This document shows, piece by piece, positions 24,910-37,924 of a DNA stretch of 64,000 bases (position 1 is its first letter; each line of letters starts with the position of its first letter). Both the position numbers and the translations under genes were made by a program. The stretch is from Octopus sinensis (taxonomy: Eukaryota). The notes below the pieces were generated by a model that saw nothing but the letters and a program-made list of their open reading frames with translations, was not told the origin of the DNA and searched no databases. The DNA lies in contig NC_043020.1 of NCBI RefSeq assembly GCF_006345805.1, positions 3,038,001 through 3,102,000 of the forward strand, given 5' to 3'.

Positions 24910-27199
24910 CCCCCCCCACACACACACAAAGAGATGTGACAGTTGCTACAGACAAAGCATACATAGTAAAACTGTCAGAATTTTTATGTAAAATGCTGTA
25001 AAAACACAGATGGCGAAAATTAAAAACTGAACCATATGAATTAGAAGTGAAAATAGATTTTTAAAAATTGCTGTTGTTGTTGTAGTAGTAGTAGTAGTAG
25101 TGGTGGTGGTGGTGACAGCAATGATGATGATTGTTTTTATTTGTGACAGGTGCATAGACCGAAAGGAACATTGCAAAGTTGTGGCTAACATAAAAGTCCA
25201 ATGAAGGAGAAAAGAATCGTAAGAGACAAAAATATACTTAAGGCTGTTGTGGTAAGAAGCTTACTTCCCAACTACCTGGCATTCTGGGTAAATGTCTTCG
25301 ACTATAGACTCAGGTCAACTGAAGCCTTGTGAGTGGATTTGGTAGATGGAAACTGAAAGAACCCAGTCATATATATATATATATCATCATCATCATTATT
25401 TAATATCCATTTTCCATGCTAGCACAGGTTGGACAGTTCAACTGGGGTCTGGGATGCCAGGAGGCTACACCAGGCTCCAATCTGATCTGGCAATGTTTCT
25501 ACAGCTGGATGCCCTTCCTAACGCCAACCACTCTGTGAGTCTAGTGGGTGCTTTTTATGTGACACTGGCACAGGTGCCAGCAGCCACAATCGGTTGGTGC
25601 TTTTTACGTGCCACTGGCATATATATATATATGTACATATATGTATGTGTGTGTGTGTGCGTGTGTTTTATACAACCCCATAACATAGTGGTTTGGCAAA
25701 AGAGATCAATAGAATAAGTACCAGGTTTTAAAAAAGTTAAGTACTGAGGTCAATTCATTCAACTAAACATTTTTTAAGGCAGTGCCCCAGCATGGCCACA
25801 GCCTAATGACTGAAACAAATAAGAGATAACATACAATTAACAATCCTCCTGGTAAAAGAGGACCCCTAATTAGGGCTAGTCCAGGAACCCTGAAATCCAG
25901 GATCATCCTAACCACTAAGGGAAATACCCAAACCCCAACTTTTATTACTACATAAAAAGTGCTCACAACACTGTCAGAGTAGTTGGGATTAGGAAGGGCA
26001 TCCAGGTGAAGAAACCTTGCCAGATCAGATTGGAACCTGCTGCAGCCTCCTGGCGTGCCAGTCCTCTGTCAACCCATCCAACCCATGCCAGAAGCGGACA
26101 TTAAACAATGATGATGATGTATATGCATGTGTTGGTTTGTTTATGTTCCTGTAACTACTGATTTGGCAAAAGAAACCGATAGTATAAGTATCAAACTTAT
26201 CAGAAAGTACCGGGCTCAATTTGTTCAACTAAAATCCTTCAAGGCAGCGTCCCAGCATGGTTACAGTCAATGAATAAAACGAATCGAATATAAAAGGCCT
26301 CCAACACATGGGAAGGGACTAAAGTAGGGAGGCATTTGGTAATATCTTGGGGGAAATTTCTAATGGAAGCAACAGACGAATGAGAATGGTCTCCTCAATA
26401 GAATCAAAGGATCCTGAAGACAGATGAGTGGCATGTGGGTTGGTTGGAAAGGGGATGGAACAGATGTCAAACTGACCTTTAGATGAGGAGGAGAAGAAGA
26501 AGCCGACGATGACGACGACAAAGAAGAAGACGACAAAGAAGAAGAAGACGAAGAAGAAGACAGTGGAGGAGGAGGAGGAGGAGGCCAAAAAGAAGAAGAA
26601 GAAGGGTTTATGTTAGAAAGAATGGAGTAAGATAGAGAGAAGGAATGAAGGAAAAATGAGTATTCGGTTGGAGAAATAATGTTGGAGGTGAAAAGAATGA
26701 TTAAACAACATGGGAAGTGTAGAAAGTGTGGAAGGAAACGACTTTGGGGTGACACTAAGACACAGGTATGGGGGGGGGGGCTGATTAAAGTTCATTCATA
26801 AAATTGTTCTTTTGAAGTTTTGTTGTTTCTCTTTATTGTTGATTGACAAGAAGAAGAAGAAGAAAAAAGAGAGGGAGCAGTGCACATTTCATGTGAAGGA
26901 CATCAGAGGCGAAGGAGTTTAACCTGGTTGCTGTTAAAATTGGCATTCTGTAGGTTGTAGGGAAAGATAACAGTGAAATGCTGAGATTAATCTTCTCTCT
27001 CTCTCTCTGATACAAATACACACTGCATGGCTAAATAAAAGGGCCAAGGAAGAAACATTCACATCATAACACTCACTAATCTTTATTATGTTGAGACAAG
27101 AAAAAGAAAGGAAGAAGAGAAAGAGAAGGAGAGAGGGATAAAAAAGAAAGAAATCAAAAAGGAGATAGGAAGATTAAGAAAGATTAAGAGAGGGGAAGG

Positions 27200-27446
27200 A
27201 GAAAGAAAGAAAGAAAGAAAGAGAGAGAAAGAAAGAAAGAAAGAAAGAGAAAGAAAGAGAGAGAGAGAAAGAAAGAGAGAAAGAAAGAAAGAGAGAAAGA
27301 AAGAAAGAAAGAGAGAAAGAAAGAAAGAAAGAAAGAGAGAAAGAAAGAAAGAGAAAGAGAGAAAGAAAGAAAGAGAAAGAAAGAAAGAGAGAAAGAAAGA
27401 AAGAGAGAGAGAAAGAAAGAGAGAGAGAAAGAAAGAAAGAAAGAAA
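27200..27446. repeat. (GAAA)n/(GA)n compound microsatellite
   Basis: Direct inspection; accounts for the 195-aa S/F/L ORF. Confidence 0.95.
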
Positions 27447-27601
27447 TTGTAAGCATGGAGAGAATTCCAGGAAGAATGCAGTGTTGGAGAAGAAAGGATT
27501 GGAGGAAAAAAATGCTTAGCAAAAGGACAAGGAGTGAAGTTTATGGTTTGCTCAGAGAAAGAAGGGACAGGACCTATAATATTTCTTTTTTTTAGGACTC
27601 T

Positions 27602-27670
27602 GAGACAGGTGAACGAAACAGAGACAGGTGAACGAAACAGAGACAGGTGAACGAAACAGAGACAGGTGAA
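27602..27670. repeat. 19-bp minisatellite (GAGACAGGTGAACGAAACA), ~3.5 copies
   Basis: Three identical units plus a partial fourth. Confidence 0.9.
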
Positions 27671-28129
27671 CAACTGATTAGTTTTCCAATGATCAGAGAC
27701 TTGCTACAAATGTTTGCAACATAGCAGATTCTGTTGAACCATGTTGTATTGAAACCAACCATATCTGGCCCTCTCTGCTTTATGTCCAAACCAGCTAGAT
27801 TTGGCCTCTCACACCTACCCAACAATGTCATTCTCACAAATAAACAATTACATCATTGAAATCTCAAAGCTACAAGATAATGCATGATTAATTCAAAACA
27901 GGACCAGGTGATGGTGTAAAACAGGGAGACATGTTTGATAGGCTTCTGCACAGTTTCCATTTACCAAATTTCATTAACTTGACTCGGGTCAATCTAAACT
28001 GTGGAAGAAGACACTTGCCAAGGTTCCATACAGTGGGATGGAACTTGAAACCACATGACTGTGAAACAAGCTTGTTAACCACACACTATGCCTGCAACTT
28101 AAATGATGAGATAGAGTAGGGATAACAAG

Positions 28130-28700
28130 ACAAGGAATGAGATTGGAAGGGGCCTTGAAGACTGAAGCAATGGTGGCTGGATCTACCTCCACTGTGACAG
28201 AAGTGGCTCATGAAGATGCCATGCAAATGGACTGAACCCAGAGCTGCATGCCTTTAAAGCATATTTGTTAAGTACACATTGTGCCAGTAACTTGATCAAT
28301 AAGATAGAAATGGGATAACAAGAGGAGGAGAGGTAGAAGATAAAAGTAGGTTTGTGTGGAAGGGTTATGCAATTTGCTATTTCAAAGGAGGAGAAGTAGT
28401 TGTAAAAACTAACACTTCCTTTTTCCAAGCTGAGATTTGAGCCTGAATCTAGGAATTCTTGCTCGGCTGATCCACCGTAGGCCAAGCAGGCACAAGTGAG
28501 GTTTCTTTGTCCTGTCAAGGAGCAATGGATGGATTTCTCTTTGACCTGCAACTTGAGCTGTGTCATTTAGGGTTCAAGTGGATGAGAGGCAACCTACATA
28601 GGTGGAAGTTGCTCCTGTGGTATGTCTGTCCTTCTTGCTATCATGACCATTGTGAATACAGTCAGACGTGTGGCAGGAGGTAGATAGCCATCACCAGGTG
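28130..28700 (-). mobile_element. Highly decayed retroelement fragment, possibly Penelope-like RT
   Basis: GC-richer island; minus translation CACLAYGGSAEQEFLD...LPHKPTFIFYLSSSCYPI loosely resembles Penelope-like RT segments (YACLFVG..EQ; HYKPT...SSHP). Confidence 0.3.
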
Positions 28701-30189
28701 AACTGTCAAGAGACAAACAGACAGCCAGCAGTTAACTTGCATCAGTCAAGCAGCCAACATAGAACCACATATCCAGCATGAATGACCCAATATAGAACCA
28801 CGAGTCGCAGAACATAAACAGACACGATCGAATGACCAACGCACACACAGACACAAAAAATGCCCAGTTCTACCTCCTCATCACGTCAACACAAAGCAAG
28901 TGGGTAATGTCATGCAGTGAATTTTCTGGTGTATAAAACACGTAAATGCAAATGTTGATTAAATAAAATATTTAAACCACAATCCGATGCTTTCCCATTG
29001 TTTTACTTTGATATCGTCCAAATGCCTATTTCACCTGCCACCTCAAAGACATCTTTTGCTACACCATTCCACTACATAGTTATAGCAGCAGTAGAAGAAG
29101 AGACAGAGAGAAGACACAGCATGTCGCTTGACCATTGGTTGTTACGGATGTTTAGACCCTACGTAAGTTCTGATAAGCAGATCTATGAAGAAAGACATTT
29201 CCAGCAATGACCATCCAGTTGTATTTTCAGACACTGTATATCTAATATTATCCAATATGTCCTTCTTTTATTAAGACAGCAGGGTATGATTTAAAGAAGA
29301 TGTGGACTTGATTGTTGGGTTGCAGGCCAGAGATTATAATGTGTGGTGAATTGGCCATTAATAATCAGCTAAATGATTTTTCTTCTTAAATATAGTCTAC
29401 AATGTTTGTGTGCATATAAGCATTCCCAATCAACCAATACTCTAATACTAAAAGACGGGATAGTCATGGCTGGAACACTTTGGATCATAGATATGCTCCA
29501 CTACCTGCAACACAGACATCATAACTAACAAAACAACAATATTGCATCAGCCAATGAGAAGGCCTCTATGTGGATGGCTGCTCAACAAACTAAAAAAACT
29601 GCAGCTAAATCTCCCTCAAATATGAAAAAAAGAACACATCAGATGCCATTTTGGGTTCCTCACACATAGCAAAAAGATGGGATGGTCCTAGTTTGAAGAG
29701 TTTTAATTATATGTCTGCTTGATCGTGGCTAAGCTGGAGTTAAACTGCATCACTAGTAGCACCCCTGCCATTATTTCCTCTGCCAGTGCTGTCTATAATT
29801 ATCATTATTGCCATGACCACCACCACTGTTAATGTCACCATAATTGTTAGTTATTGCTCCTGTAATCGATACAATTACTTCTAGCAGCACCACCACCACT
29901 ACAGCACCACAGCCCACACCACCACCACTACAGCACCACAGCCCACACCACCAGCGTAACTACTGTCATTATCACAACAATTGTAAGCAACATCACCCAC
30001 CGACCAATACTGCTTTTACTATCACCAATAACATGTCAACTACCAACAACAACAACAACATAATGCACACTAACTACTGCCACTATTAACACCACTGCTG
30101 CCATTACCACAACTATAATAAGCACTGGCACCATTAATTCAGCTGTTCTTTTCACTAGTGTTACCCCCACCAACACATACTATACATAT

Positions 30190-30229
<40 letters not shown>

Positions 30230-30470
30230 CTGTTTCAATAAGTAAACAAATTAGACAGATAAATTAAACAGGCAAATCAAACAAAATAAATAAATAAATT
30301 TCAAAAACAAGTAGCAAGATATATTTCAAGGAGATGGGGGGAGAAGGAGAAAGAGGATCGCAATGATGATTGTGGTGAATGAGAATGATGGTGGTGGTGG
30401 TGGTGGTGGTGATTATGATGAAGGAAGATGAGAGGTCACTGGGACAGAAAATTAATCATTCTGAAACTAC

Positions 30471-30499
30471 CTTCACTTGAAACAGTTTTTGATGAATTA
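30471..30499 (-). CDS. Possible micro-exon (IHQKLFQVK)
   Basis: Strong acceptor cctttttctgtgtaaatcttcag, donor AAG|GTAGTT; 29 nt; phase 1 to 0. Confidence 0.35.
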
Positions 30500-31084
30500 C
30501 TGAAGATTTACACAGAAAAAGGAATTAGAGAGGAAATTAGTAAAACACACTCACATATACACACACTCATGTAAATTCCTATTCACATACACCCATAAAT
30601 ACATACATGCATAATACATGTGAACAAATTTACACACACACACACACACACACAAGCTACCAAACACCCCAATACTACCCATTAAAAGCTGTTTTTTTTT
30701 TTCTAACAGCACTGCCAACTACATCAACTTTCCAAGCAATTGTTATATTGACTTGACACGCCAAAGAGAGAGGCTCTATGGTTACATGATCTACAAGAAA
30801 TAATAGCTAAGTCTCCCTCAAAATACATATGGCCATCTTGAAAATGTGAGAAACACATTGGATAATATAGTTTTAGAAACAGACACTCTTTAGACTGAAC
30901 CTGTGAATGAGACATGTTGTTACTTTTCTCTGGAAACTTAAAATAACACCTTGGGCAAGTGTTAACGACTTCTTTCACTGCCCACGGGGGGGGGGGGTTT
31001 GTGACATTTTGGCACAGTCATTTTGGTGCCACCTATTTGACATCAGATGTTTTAATGTTTCTCTTATGTCAGTATTTTTCTCTT

Positions 31085-31302
31085 CACTAAGGCATCAAGC
31101 TTGCAGAATTATTATTAGCACAGCAGGCAAAATGCTTAGCAGCATTTTGGCCGTCTTTATGTTTTGAATTCAAATTCCTCCAAGATTAACTTTCATCCTT
31201 TCAGGGTTGATAAAATAAGTACCAGTTGAGCGCTGAGGGTCAATTTAATCAACTTAGCCCTTCTCCCAAAACTGCTGGCCTTGTGCCAAAATTTGCAACC
31301 AC

Positions 31303-31305
<3 letters not shown>
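31085..31305 (+). mobile_element. SINE family B
   Basis: GCTTGCAGAATTATTAGCACAGCAGGCAAAATGCTTAGC...GAATTCAAATTCC...GATAAAATAAGTACCAGTTGAGC...GCCTTGTGCCAAAATTTG. Confidence 0.75.
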
Positions 31306-31341
<36 letters not shown>

Positions 31342-32622
31342 ATGTGTGAGCATATCTCTCTTTATTTATATGAGGAGAGAGAAAGTATTTATGTAAACTA
31401 TGTTCAATTAAGAAATTATGATATCTCTCTTGCACTCTCTCTTTCTCTCCTCTTTTCTCTTATTCTTTCTGTATGGGCTAATTTCTGCAGGAATGTGCAG
31501 GTGTGTGTAAATGTATCAGGTCAATAAGAATGAAATGTCCAATTTTCTTCTGCACCAAGTTTGACAGTCATTCTAATGTTTTATCCTGACAATTCTTTGT
31601 TTTACAACATTGAAGATGTACATCATCACTTTTTGAAATGCAATTCATGGTGTCTGATTATATTGTGAGCTTTCTCTTGTAAACCAATTTTTGTGAACCC
31701 ATGGGTAGATCAAAAATTCATGTTTATGAATATGAGTTCTGCTGTGGAACCAATGCATATTTATTATGCTTATTTATTCACATTGTTTTGAATTAATCAT
31801 GCATTGTGTTGTAGCTTTGAGATTTCGATGATGTAACTGTATATTTTTAGAATGACATTGTTGGGTTGATGTGAAAGGCTGAATCTGGCCAGTTTCAACA
31901 TAATGTAAGAAGTTTTGGCCAGATGTGCCAGTTTAAATGTTAATGGGTTAAACACTCCCTACAACTGGAATGGCAGAAGATAGCTGCAACAGTTTAGTAC
32001 GTCCAGTTGACTTGGTCATTTTGTTACTGAAATGACACAAGCTGGGACTTCAGTCCCAAGAGATCTCTCCCTCCATCTTTCAAGGTAGGCTTTTCCACAT
32101 CATAACATGGGTAGGAGTTAGCAACCTCCCAATACTCTATTTCCAATTCAGAAGGGCCTTCTTGATAGCTCAAGTTGCCCTTGGTCTCAACTCGATGATA
32201 GAAATGATAAGGATTGTCGACTGAACTGACTCCACCCCCACTCCCACCCATCACATACCAACCCCAGTACATTACTGCTACTTATTTCAGCAATAAAGAA
32301 AGAATGACATACAAAAATCAAGTGGCAGGATTTAAATTCTCAGTAAAGGGAAGGGATGAAACTAAATGCATTTTGTCCAGTTCAGAAGGAATACAACAAA
32401 GAGTGGTTAAGTGGATGTAATATTTAGTAGAAACAATTCAAGAGTTTTGAGTTCAAAACCACAATTTCCATGGTCACTTAATTCTACATGCCTTGGTACA
32501 GATTGATGGCTGGATTAGGAAGCAGATCATCTAGGAATGTTGCCCCAAATAACCCAATGTTCCAACTCTGAGAAAGATTTGTCTCACTTTTCTCTTAACA
32601 CACCAAAACTGGCACTAAGTAC

Positions 32623-32667
32623 CATCCCATGGAATTCTCTTTGACAAGTCAATGAGGGAACTGCAAC
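32623..32667 (-). CDS. Probable exon (CSSLIDLSKRIPWD); alternative extent 32588-32667 in another frame (VAVPSLTCQREFHGMVLSASFGVLRE)
   Basis: Strong acceptor accattttcttgcag; donor ATG|GTACTT (phase 1 to 1) or AAA|GTGAGA (phase 0 to 2). Confidence 0.4.
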
Positions 32668-33139
32668 CTGCAAGAAAATGGTTGTTAAATGTGATGAACA
32701 TGGTTGGAACATCTTTGATCAAATGTCCTCTTTGATGTGGACTGACTTAGGCCTAATAAACATTAAAAATACTTGCCCAAGATGCCATGCAGTGGGACAG
32801 AACTTCAAAAGCACAACTACACCCTTGCCTAATAAAATGTACAAAATTGTTTGAGAAGGAAAATGAAAATATTCAGAAATTAAATTATTCTGAATAAGAA
32901 GACAACATGTTAGTCACAGAAACAGATGGTTCGGTACAGTATTTTTATAACTTTGTTTTTACTAACTACATACTGATTTCTAAGTAATTTTTCAATGCTC
33001 CATCTAATGGATATATAAATATTATTGCTTTGGCATCAGTAAATTATGGAGAGTATCATCATTATTATGTTCATGCTGAAATGGGTTGGATAGGACTCTT
33101 TGAGGCAAGGGTTTATGATCAGATATCCTTCCTGGTGCC

Positions 33140-33548
33140 AACCCTTTTGATTTACTTTTTACCTTTTGCTTGTTTCAGTCATTAGACTACAGCCATTAGA
33201 CTGAGGTACCATCTTGAAAAACTTTTGGTTGAATGAATTGACTCCAGTACTGTTTTTTTTTTTTAAGTCAGGTACTTATTCTATAAGTCTCTTTTACTGA
33301 ACCGCTAAGTTACAGGGATGTAAACACAACACCAGTTGTCAAGCAGTGGTGGTAGACATCCTCAGACACAAAGACACACACACACACACGATGGACTTCT
33401 TTGAGTTTCTGTCTATCAAATCTATTCACAAGGCTTTGGTTGGCCTGAGGCTATAGTTGAAGATGCTTGCCCAAAGTGCCATGCAGTGGGACTGAACATG
33501 GAACCATGTGGTTGAGAATCAAGCTTCTTACCGTGTAGCTACGCCTTC
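33140..33548 (-). mobile_element. SINE family A
   Basis: Same head, body and tail motifs as 10327-10764. Confidence 0.85.
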
Positions 33549-33618
33549 ATTTCTAAATTAAATTTGAAAATAATCAAGAAATTGGAATGATTTAGCAAAA
33601 TGACTAACTTTATCTTTA

Positions 33619-33845
33619 TTAACCTTTTAGTATTTAAACCGGCCAAATCCGGCCAAAATAGTTAATCTGTTTTATGTTCAAACTGACCAGATCCAGGCTC
33701 TCACACCTACCCTACAATGTTATTCTACATGAAGTAATTACACCATCAAGATCTTGAAGATAGGAGATAATGCATGATTAATTCAAATCAATGTGAATCA
33801 ATAGGCATTATGTTTGATAGAATAATCAGAACACTAAAGGGTTAA
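33619..33845. mobile_element. piggyBac-like MITE (TTAA-flanked)
   Basis: TTAA|CCTTTTAG ... CTAAAGGG|TTAA termini; homologous copies at 58881-59108 and 60632-60860, partial copies at ~27690-27900 and ~31740-31950. Confidence 0.75.
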
Positions 33846-33998
33846 AGTTAATGTTTGGAATGTGACTTAAAATCAAGGTGAAAGCCTTCTAATTAGAATA
33901 TGAACATTTTTAAAACATGCAGATGTCTATCTTAAAACTAGCTTGTTTGGTACTTGGGTGAGTTGGTATTTAAAGAGTTAAAGCTAGATGTACTGCAC

Positions 33999-34088
33999 CA
34001 GTGAAACTTAAGTTTTGTCCACATAGAGAACATATTGCAGCTGAAATATTAATTTTTACATCAACAGACGATCTGTAGCTTTGAACAG
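33999..34088 (-). CDS. Coding exon (VQSYRSSVDVKINISAAICSLCGQNLSFT)
   Basis: Acceptor ccctgtttgtctattattgcag; single open frame; phase 1 start matches 34261-34325. The donor is weak (CTG|GTGCAG) and alternatives exist. Confidence 0.55.
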
Positions 34089-34260
34089 CTGCAATAATAG
34101 ACAAACAGGGAATTTAATAATCAGTCGATATGTTCTACCAATAACCATTGAGCAGGATACAGAACAATTTTTCACACAATTAATAAAATATGCAAATATT
34201 TCCTTCCCAACAATCAAGGCTGACCTCTAGGTATCCTTGGATCAGTAACTGCTGACTCAC

Positions 34261-34325
34261 AGACTTGGAGTGGTTCACAAACCATTTCTTTTATTAGTAA
34301 TGCCAATAAAGTATCTAACTTAGTT
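34261..34325 (-). CDS. Coding exon (TKLDTLLALLIKEMVCEPLQV)
   Basis: Donor TCT|GTGAGT; 65 nt; phase 2 to 1 bridges 35813-35875 and 33999-34088. Confidence 0.65.
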
Positions 34326-34529
34326 CTGTTCCATTCAAATTATATTACAAGAAGTTTTCTTTTATATTTTGTATTCTATTTTATTCAAATGTAAATTAAG
34401 AAAACATTTTAATGTCAATTTAAAACAGTTTTTTTTTCTCTTTACTAATTAAAAATATAAGATACATTCTATTCAATAACAAATTCTTCAGTTTATTCAA
34501 GAATTAACTGAGAGATAATCATCCTCATC

Positions 34530-34830
34530 CTCATCCTCAACATTTAACGTCCATTTTCCATGTTGGCATGGCTGGCACAGCTTGACAGGAACTGGCAAGG
34601 CCAGGGTGCACACTAGGTTCCATAGTCTGTGTTTGGCATGGTTTCTATGGTTGGATGTCCCCCTGACACCACCACTTTACAGAGTGTACTGGGTGCTTTT
34701 TATGTGGCACTATCACCAGTGCTTTTGACATGACACCAGTATCCACACCAATGCTTTTTACATGGCACCTTGGTTTTAAAATCTCAATTGTATTGCGACG
34801 GGCAGATCTTCTCAAGTACAGAAATGCACC
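34530..34830 (-). mobile_element. RTE LINE 3' end
   Basis: Same 3' UTR family as 1-195 and 13985-14290. Confidence 0.7.
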
Positions 34831-35812
34831 AACAGGATATTTCTTCCATGCTGTCCCAACAAGTGGATGCTTAACTACAAAAATTCGTTAAAGATGAGAG
34901 TAACCAATGCAAACCTCATAACATTTCTTGAGAGAAGCTTCAAGAATGTGTGTTTGTGAGTGATATTTGATCAAAGGTATTCTAGTTGTGACCAGCATGT
35001 TCTTTTGTTTTCCAGTTTTAAGTAATCTCTAAGACAATGTTATCTAGTGCACCCATCCATTTTTTTAAGCTTGCCAAATACGATTTGAGAAAAATTTAGT
35101 TACTGTCTTTAGTAGCTCAAGTAACTGTATAGACGTTTCTCTTATTAGCTCATGTAGTTTTTTAGTAATGCTGAGTGGTATGTGGGCAGTCATGACCTGG
35201 TTTTCAACTTGTGTAGATTCTTGGATAAAAAGTAGTTGCACTAGAACCTCCTTTTAGTGTGAAGAAAAAGTATTTCTTGGACACTTATTTTTTATTAAAA
35301 CAGTTCATGACAGAAGTGGATCTACCTAAATATAATAACATGCTTGAAAGCTTCAAACATGGGGTAATTAGTACATGATTTAAGATTTCTGTAATTGTTG
35401 TTGTTAAAGCAATACATCATCTTTTCTGCAAAGAGGCTTTGAACTCAGGCCTGTTTTTAAGTGTCTATAACATTAAGAGGTGAAGACATACACATAGTGG
35501 TCAAGCTGTTGATTCCAAGATTGATGGCTCAATGTATCATTGGACAAGGTACTTCATTCCACCCAACTCCAGTTCACTTTGCTGAAAATGAGTTTGCTGC
35601 AGAGTGACATACTCCAAACTATTAACCTCAAAATCTTGCAAATGTAAAATGTCAATAGCTTTTGATGGCTACAGCACACTGAATGAATGATGAGCCTTAA
35701 GTGGATGCCAGTCTATAGTTGGTTAACAAGGCTAGAAGACTTAGTACCTACTCTCACCAAGCTGCGGAAACTGGGGCATGTAGAAATAGAAGCAAAATTG
35801 AAAGTGACTCAC

Positions 35813-35875
35813 AAATCCAGAAAACTAGTTATGACAACACAAGCTAAAGAGGGAATCACTAAGTCAGTTCTCGTT
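35813..35875 (-). CDS. Coding exon (TRTDLVIPSLACVVITSFLD)
   Basis: Acceptor ttcctatttctaacag, donor TTT|GTGAGT; 63 nt; single open frame, phase 2 to 2. Confidence 0.7.
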
Positions 35876-35921
35876 CTGTTAGAAATAGGAACCAAATTAT
35901 CAACTCACACCCTATAGTCTT

Positions 35922-36313
35922 GTGACTGTGTAGTAAGTAGCTTGCTTACCAACGACATGGTTCCAGGTTCAGTCCCACTGGAGCACCACCTTTAGTCGAG
36001 CAAATCAACCCCGGGACTTATTCTTTGTAAGCCTAGTACTTATTCTATCGGTCTCTTTTGCCAAACCGCTAAGTTACAAGGACGTAAATACACCAGCATC
36101 AGTGGTCAAGCGATGTTGGCGGGGACAAACACACATATATACATATATATGACGGGCTTCTTTCAGTTTCCATCTACCAAATCCACTCATAAGGCTTTGG
36201 TCGGCCCGGGGCTATAGTACAAGACACTTGCCCAAGGTGCCACACAATGGAACTAAACCCAGAAACATGTGGTTGGTAAGCAAGCTACTTACTACACAGC
36301 CACTCCTGCACCT
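35922..36313. mobile_element. SINE family A (minus, 35981-36313) fused to an inverted duplicate of a SINE head (plus, 35922-35980)
   Basis: 35924-35980 is nearly the reverse complement of 36245-36301. Confidence 0.85.
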
Positions 36314-37504
36314 ACAATAATAAATTTAATAAAAATTTATTTCATAAGAGAATGCATTTCACCATTTTCTAAATAAGGGGGATATTTTTTTTTTTTTTAA
36401 TTCTGTTGTGTCTAGGGAGTCATTATGCCAATATTAATAACACACACACTGGTTCAATTCCACCCCTTTATTATTATTTATATTCTCTATCTTTAAAAGA
36501 ATTTTTGTTTCATTTAATGTTTTACTAACTCCTTAGCATCCAGCTTACTCTGTCAAAGTGATGCTTATTTATTCACACTTTTATTAATTAATCAGATTAT
36601 CTCACAGCTTTCAGATTTGGATGATGTGATTGTTTTTATCTTGACAATGACATTGTAGGGTGGCTGGTTTAAATGCTAAAAGGTTAAAATCAATATTTGC
36701 AGGAGTTGTCCATAAAATATAGGAATGAGAGCCGAGAATTTTGGAAAACTATATAAAGGTTCTATGACATAATAAATTTGGTAATCATTACCAAAACACA
36801 GATGAATAGAAACCACCACTGTAGAGACTCCGAGCTGTGATGGATGTGAAACTATATAATTTCATCTAATAAAAGATCTTAGGTAAAATTATGCCAAAGG
36901 CAGTCAATTCTTTGAGTAGAACAGAAATTGTTATTTTCTTTCTCTCTCTCTCTGAGACTTGGTTTAGCTAGAGGGTCTCTAAGAAACAAACCATCTCTTA
37001 CAATTTCCCTTCTTTCTCTTTCTTATTCTGTATTTGTCTTTCTTAATATTCTCTCTATATACTACCTATTAATTTACTCATATCCAATCTCTCTTATCTT
37101 CCATTTGTACTCCTTCTTTACCACCTCTTCCTCCCCGGCTCTCTCTCTCAATCCAACTTCCTATTTCCTCCACCGCCATAACCGTTCCTCCACCACCATC
37201 ACAAGTCAAAATAAACATACAGAAACAAACAGTCAACCAACATCTAGGTCCATGGGGTTGTTCTCCTCTTGCAAAGCAAATTTTAAAACCCAGCAACAAG
37301 CTATAAATCCTATTTTTTCTCCTAAACTTCACGCAAATGGCAAATTAGCAAAACCCAAAAAGAGAAAGAGAGAGAAAAGAAGAAGAGAAAAACAAAGCTA
37401 TGCTCTAACTTAAAAAGAAATAACAACAACAAAAATCATCTTTGCTTGGAACTGCTAGAGTTCTTCAGAGGTTTCTTGAAGCATGATCAGCAAATAGGTG
37501 TTAC

Positions 37505-37559
37505 CTTAGTCTACTGACTGTGGGAAGCTGACACTTCCCATCATACCCAGCAAAATAAA
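37505..37559 (-). CDS. Coding exon (YFAGYDGKCQLPTVSRL)
   Basis: Acceptor gaaaactcag, donor AAG|GTAACA; 55 nt; single open frame, phase 1 to 2. Confidence 0.7.
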
Positions 37560-37924
37560 CTGAGTTTTCATCAAAATGATAATCTTTTCTAATTTTAACA
37601 CAAGGAAGCAATTTTGACGGGAAAGTCAATTACATTGACACACCCACACACACACACACATGCACACACATGCACACACATACACACACACACACATGTT
37701 CCCTGTTATTTATTTTATCATCTCTGAAAGGATGAATGGCAAATTCCTTCTCAGTGACATTTGAATTGAACAAGGAAAATAAATTTCTTTAGTTGTCATA
37801 AAGGGTAAAGCATGGAGGAAACACTTCAAGCAGAAATTCTAAAAAACAGAAGGGTTTACACAGAATCAATTGTGAAGAAAAGATACCTTACATAGGCAAA
37901 AAGAGCATTCATTTTGTTTTATCA

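Noticed and set aside
27602-27670. CRISPR-like array
   Set aside because: Units abut with no unique spacers; eukaryotic context.
27086-27673. 195-aa and 112-aa S/F/L-rich ORFs
   Set aside because: Translations of the (GAAA)n microsatellite and the 19-bp minisatellite.
32026-32218. Minus-strand ORF VDNPYHFYHRVETKG...QLVSF as an exon
   Set aside because: Poor purine-rich acceptor; the plus strand has GGAGTTAGCAACCTCCC reminiscent of RTE 5' regions. It cannot be excluded.
35687-35917. 76-aa plus-strand ORF MMSLKWMPVYSWL...
   Set aside because: Antisense to the better-supported exon 35813-35875; no good splice sites of its own.
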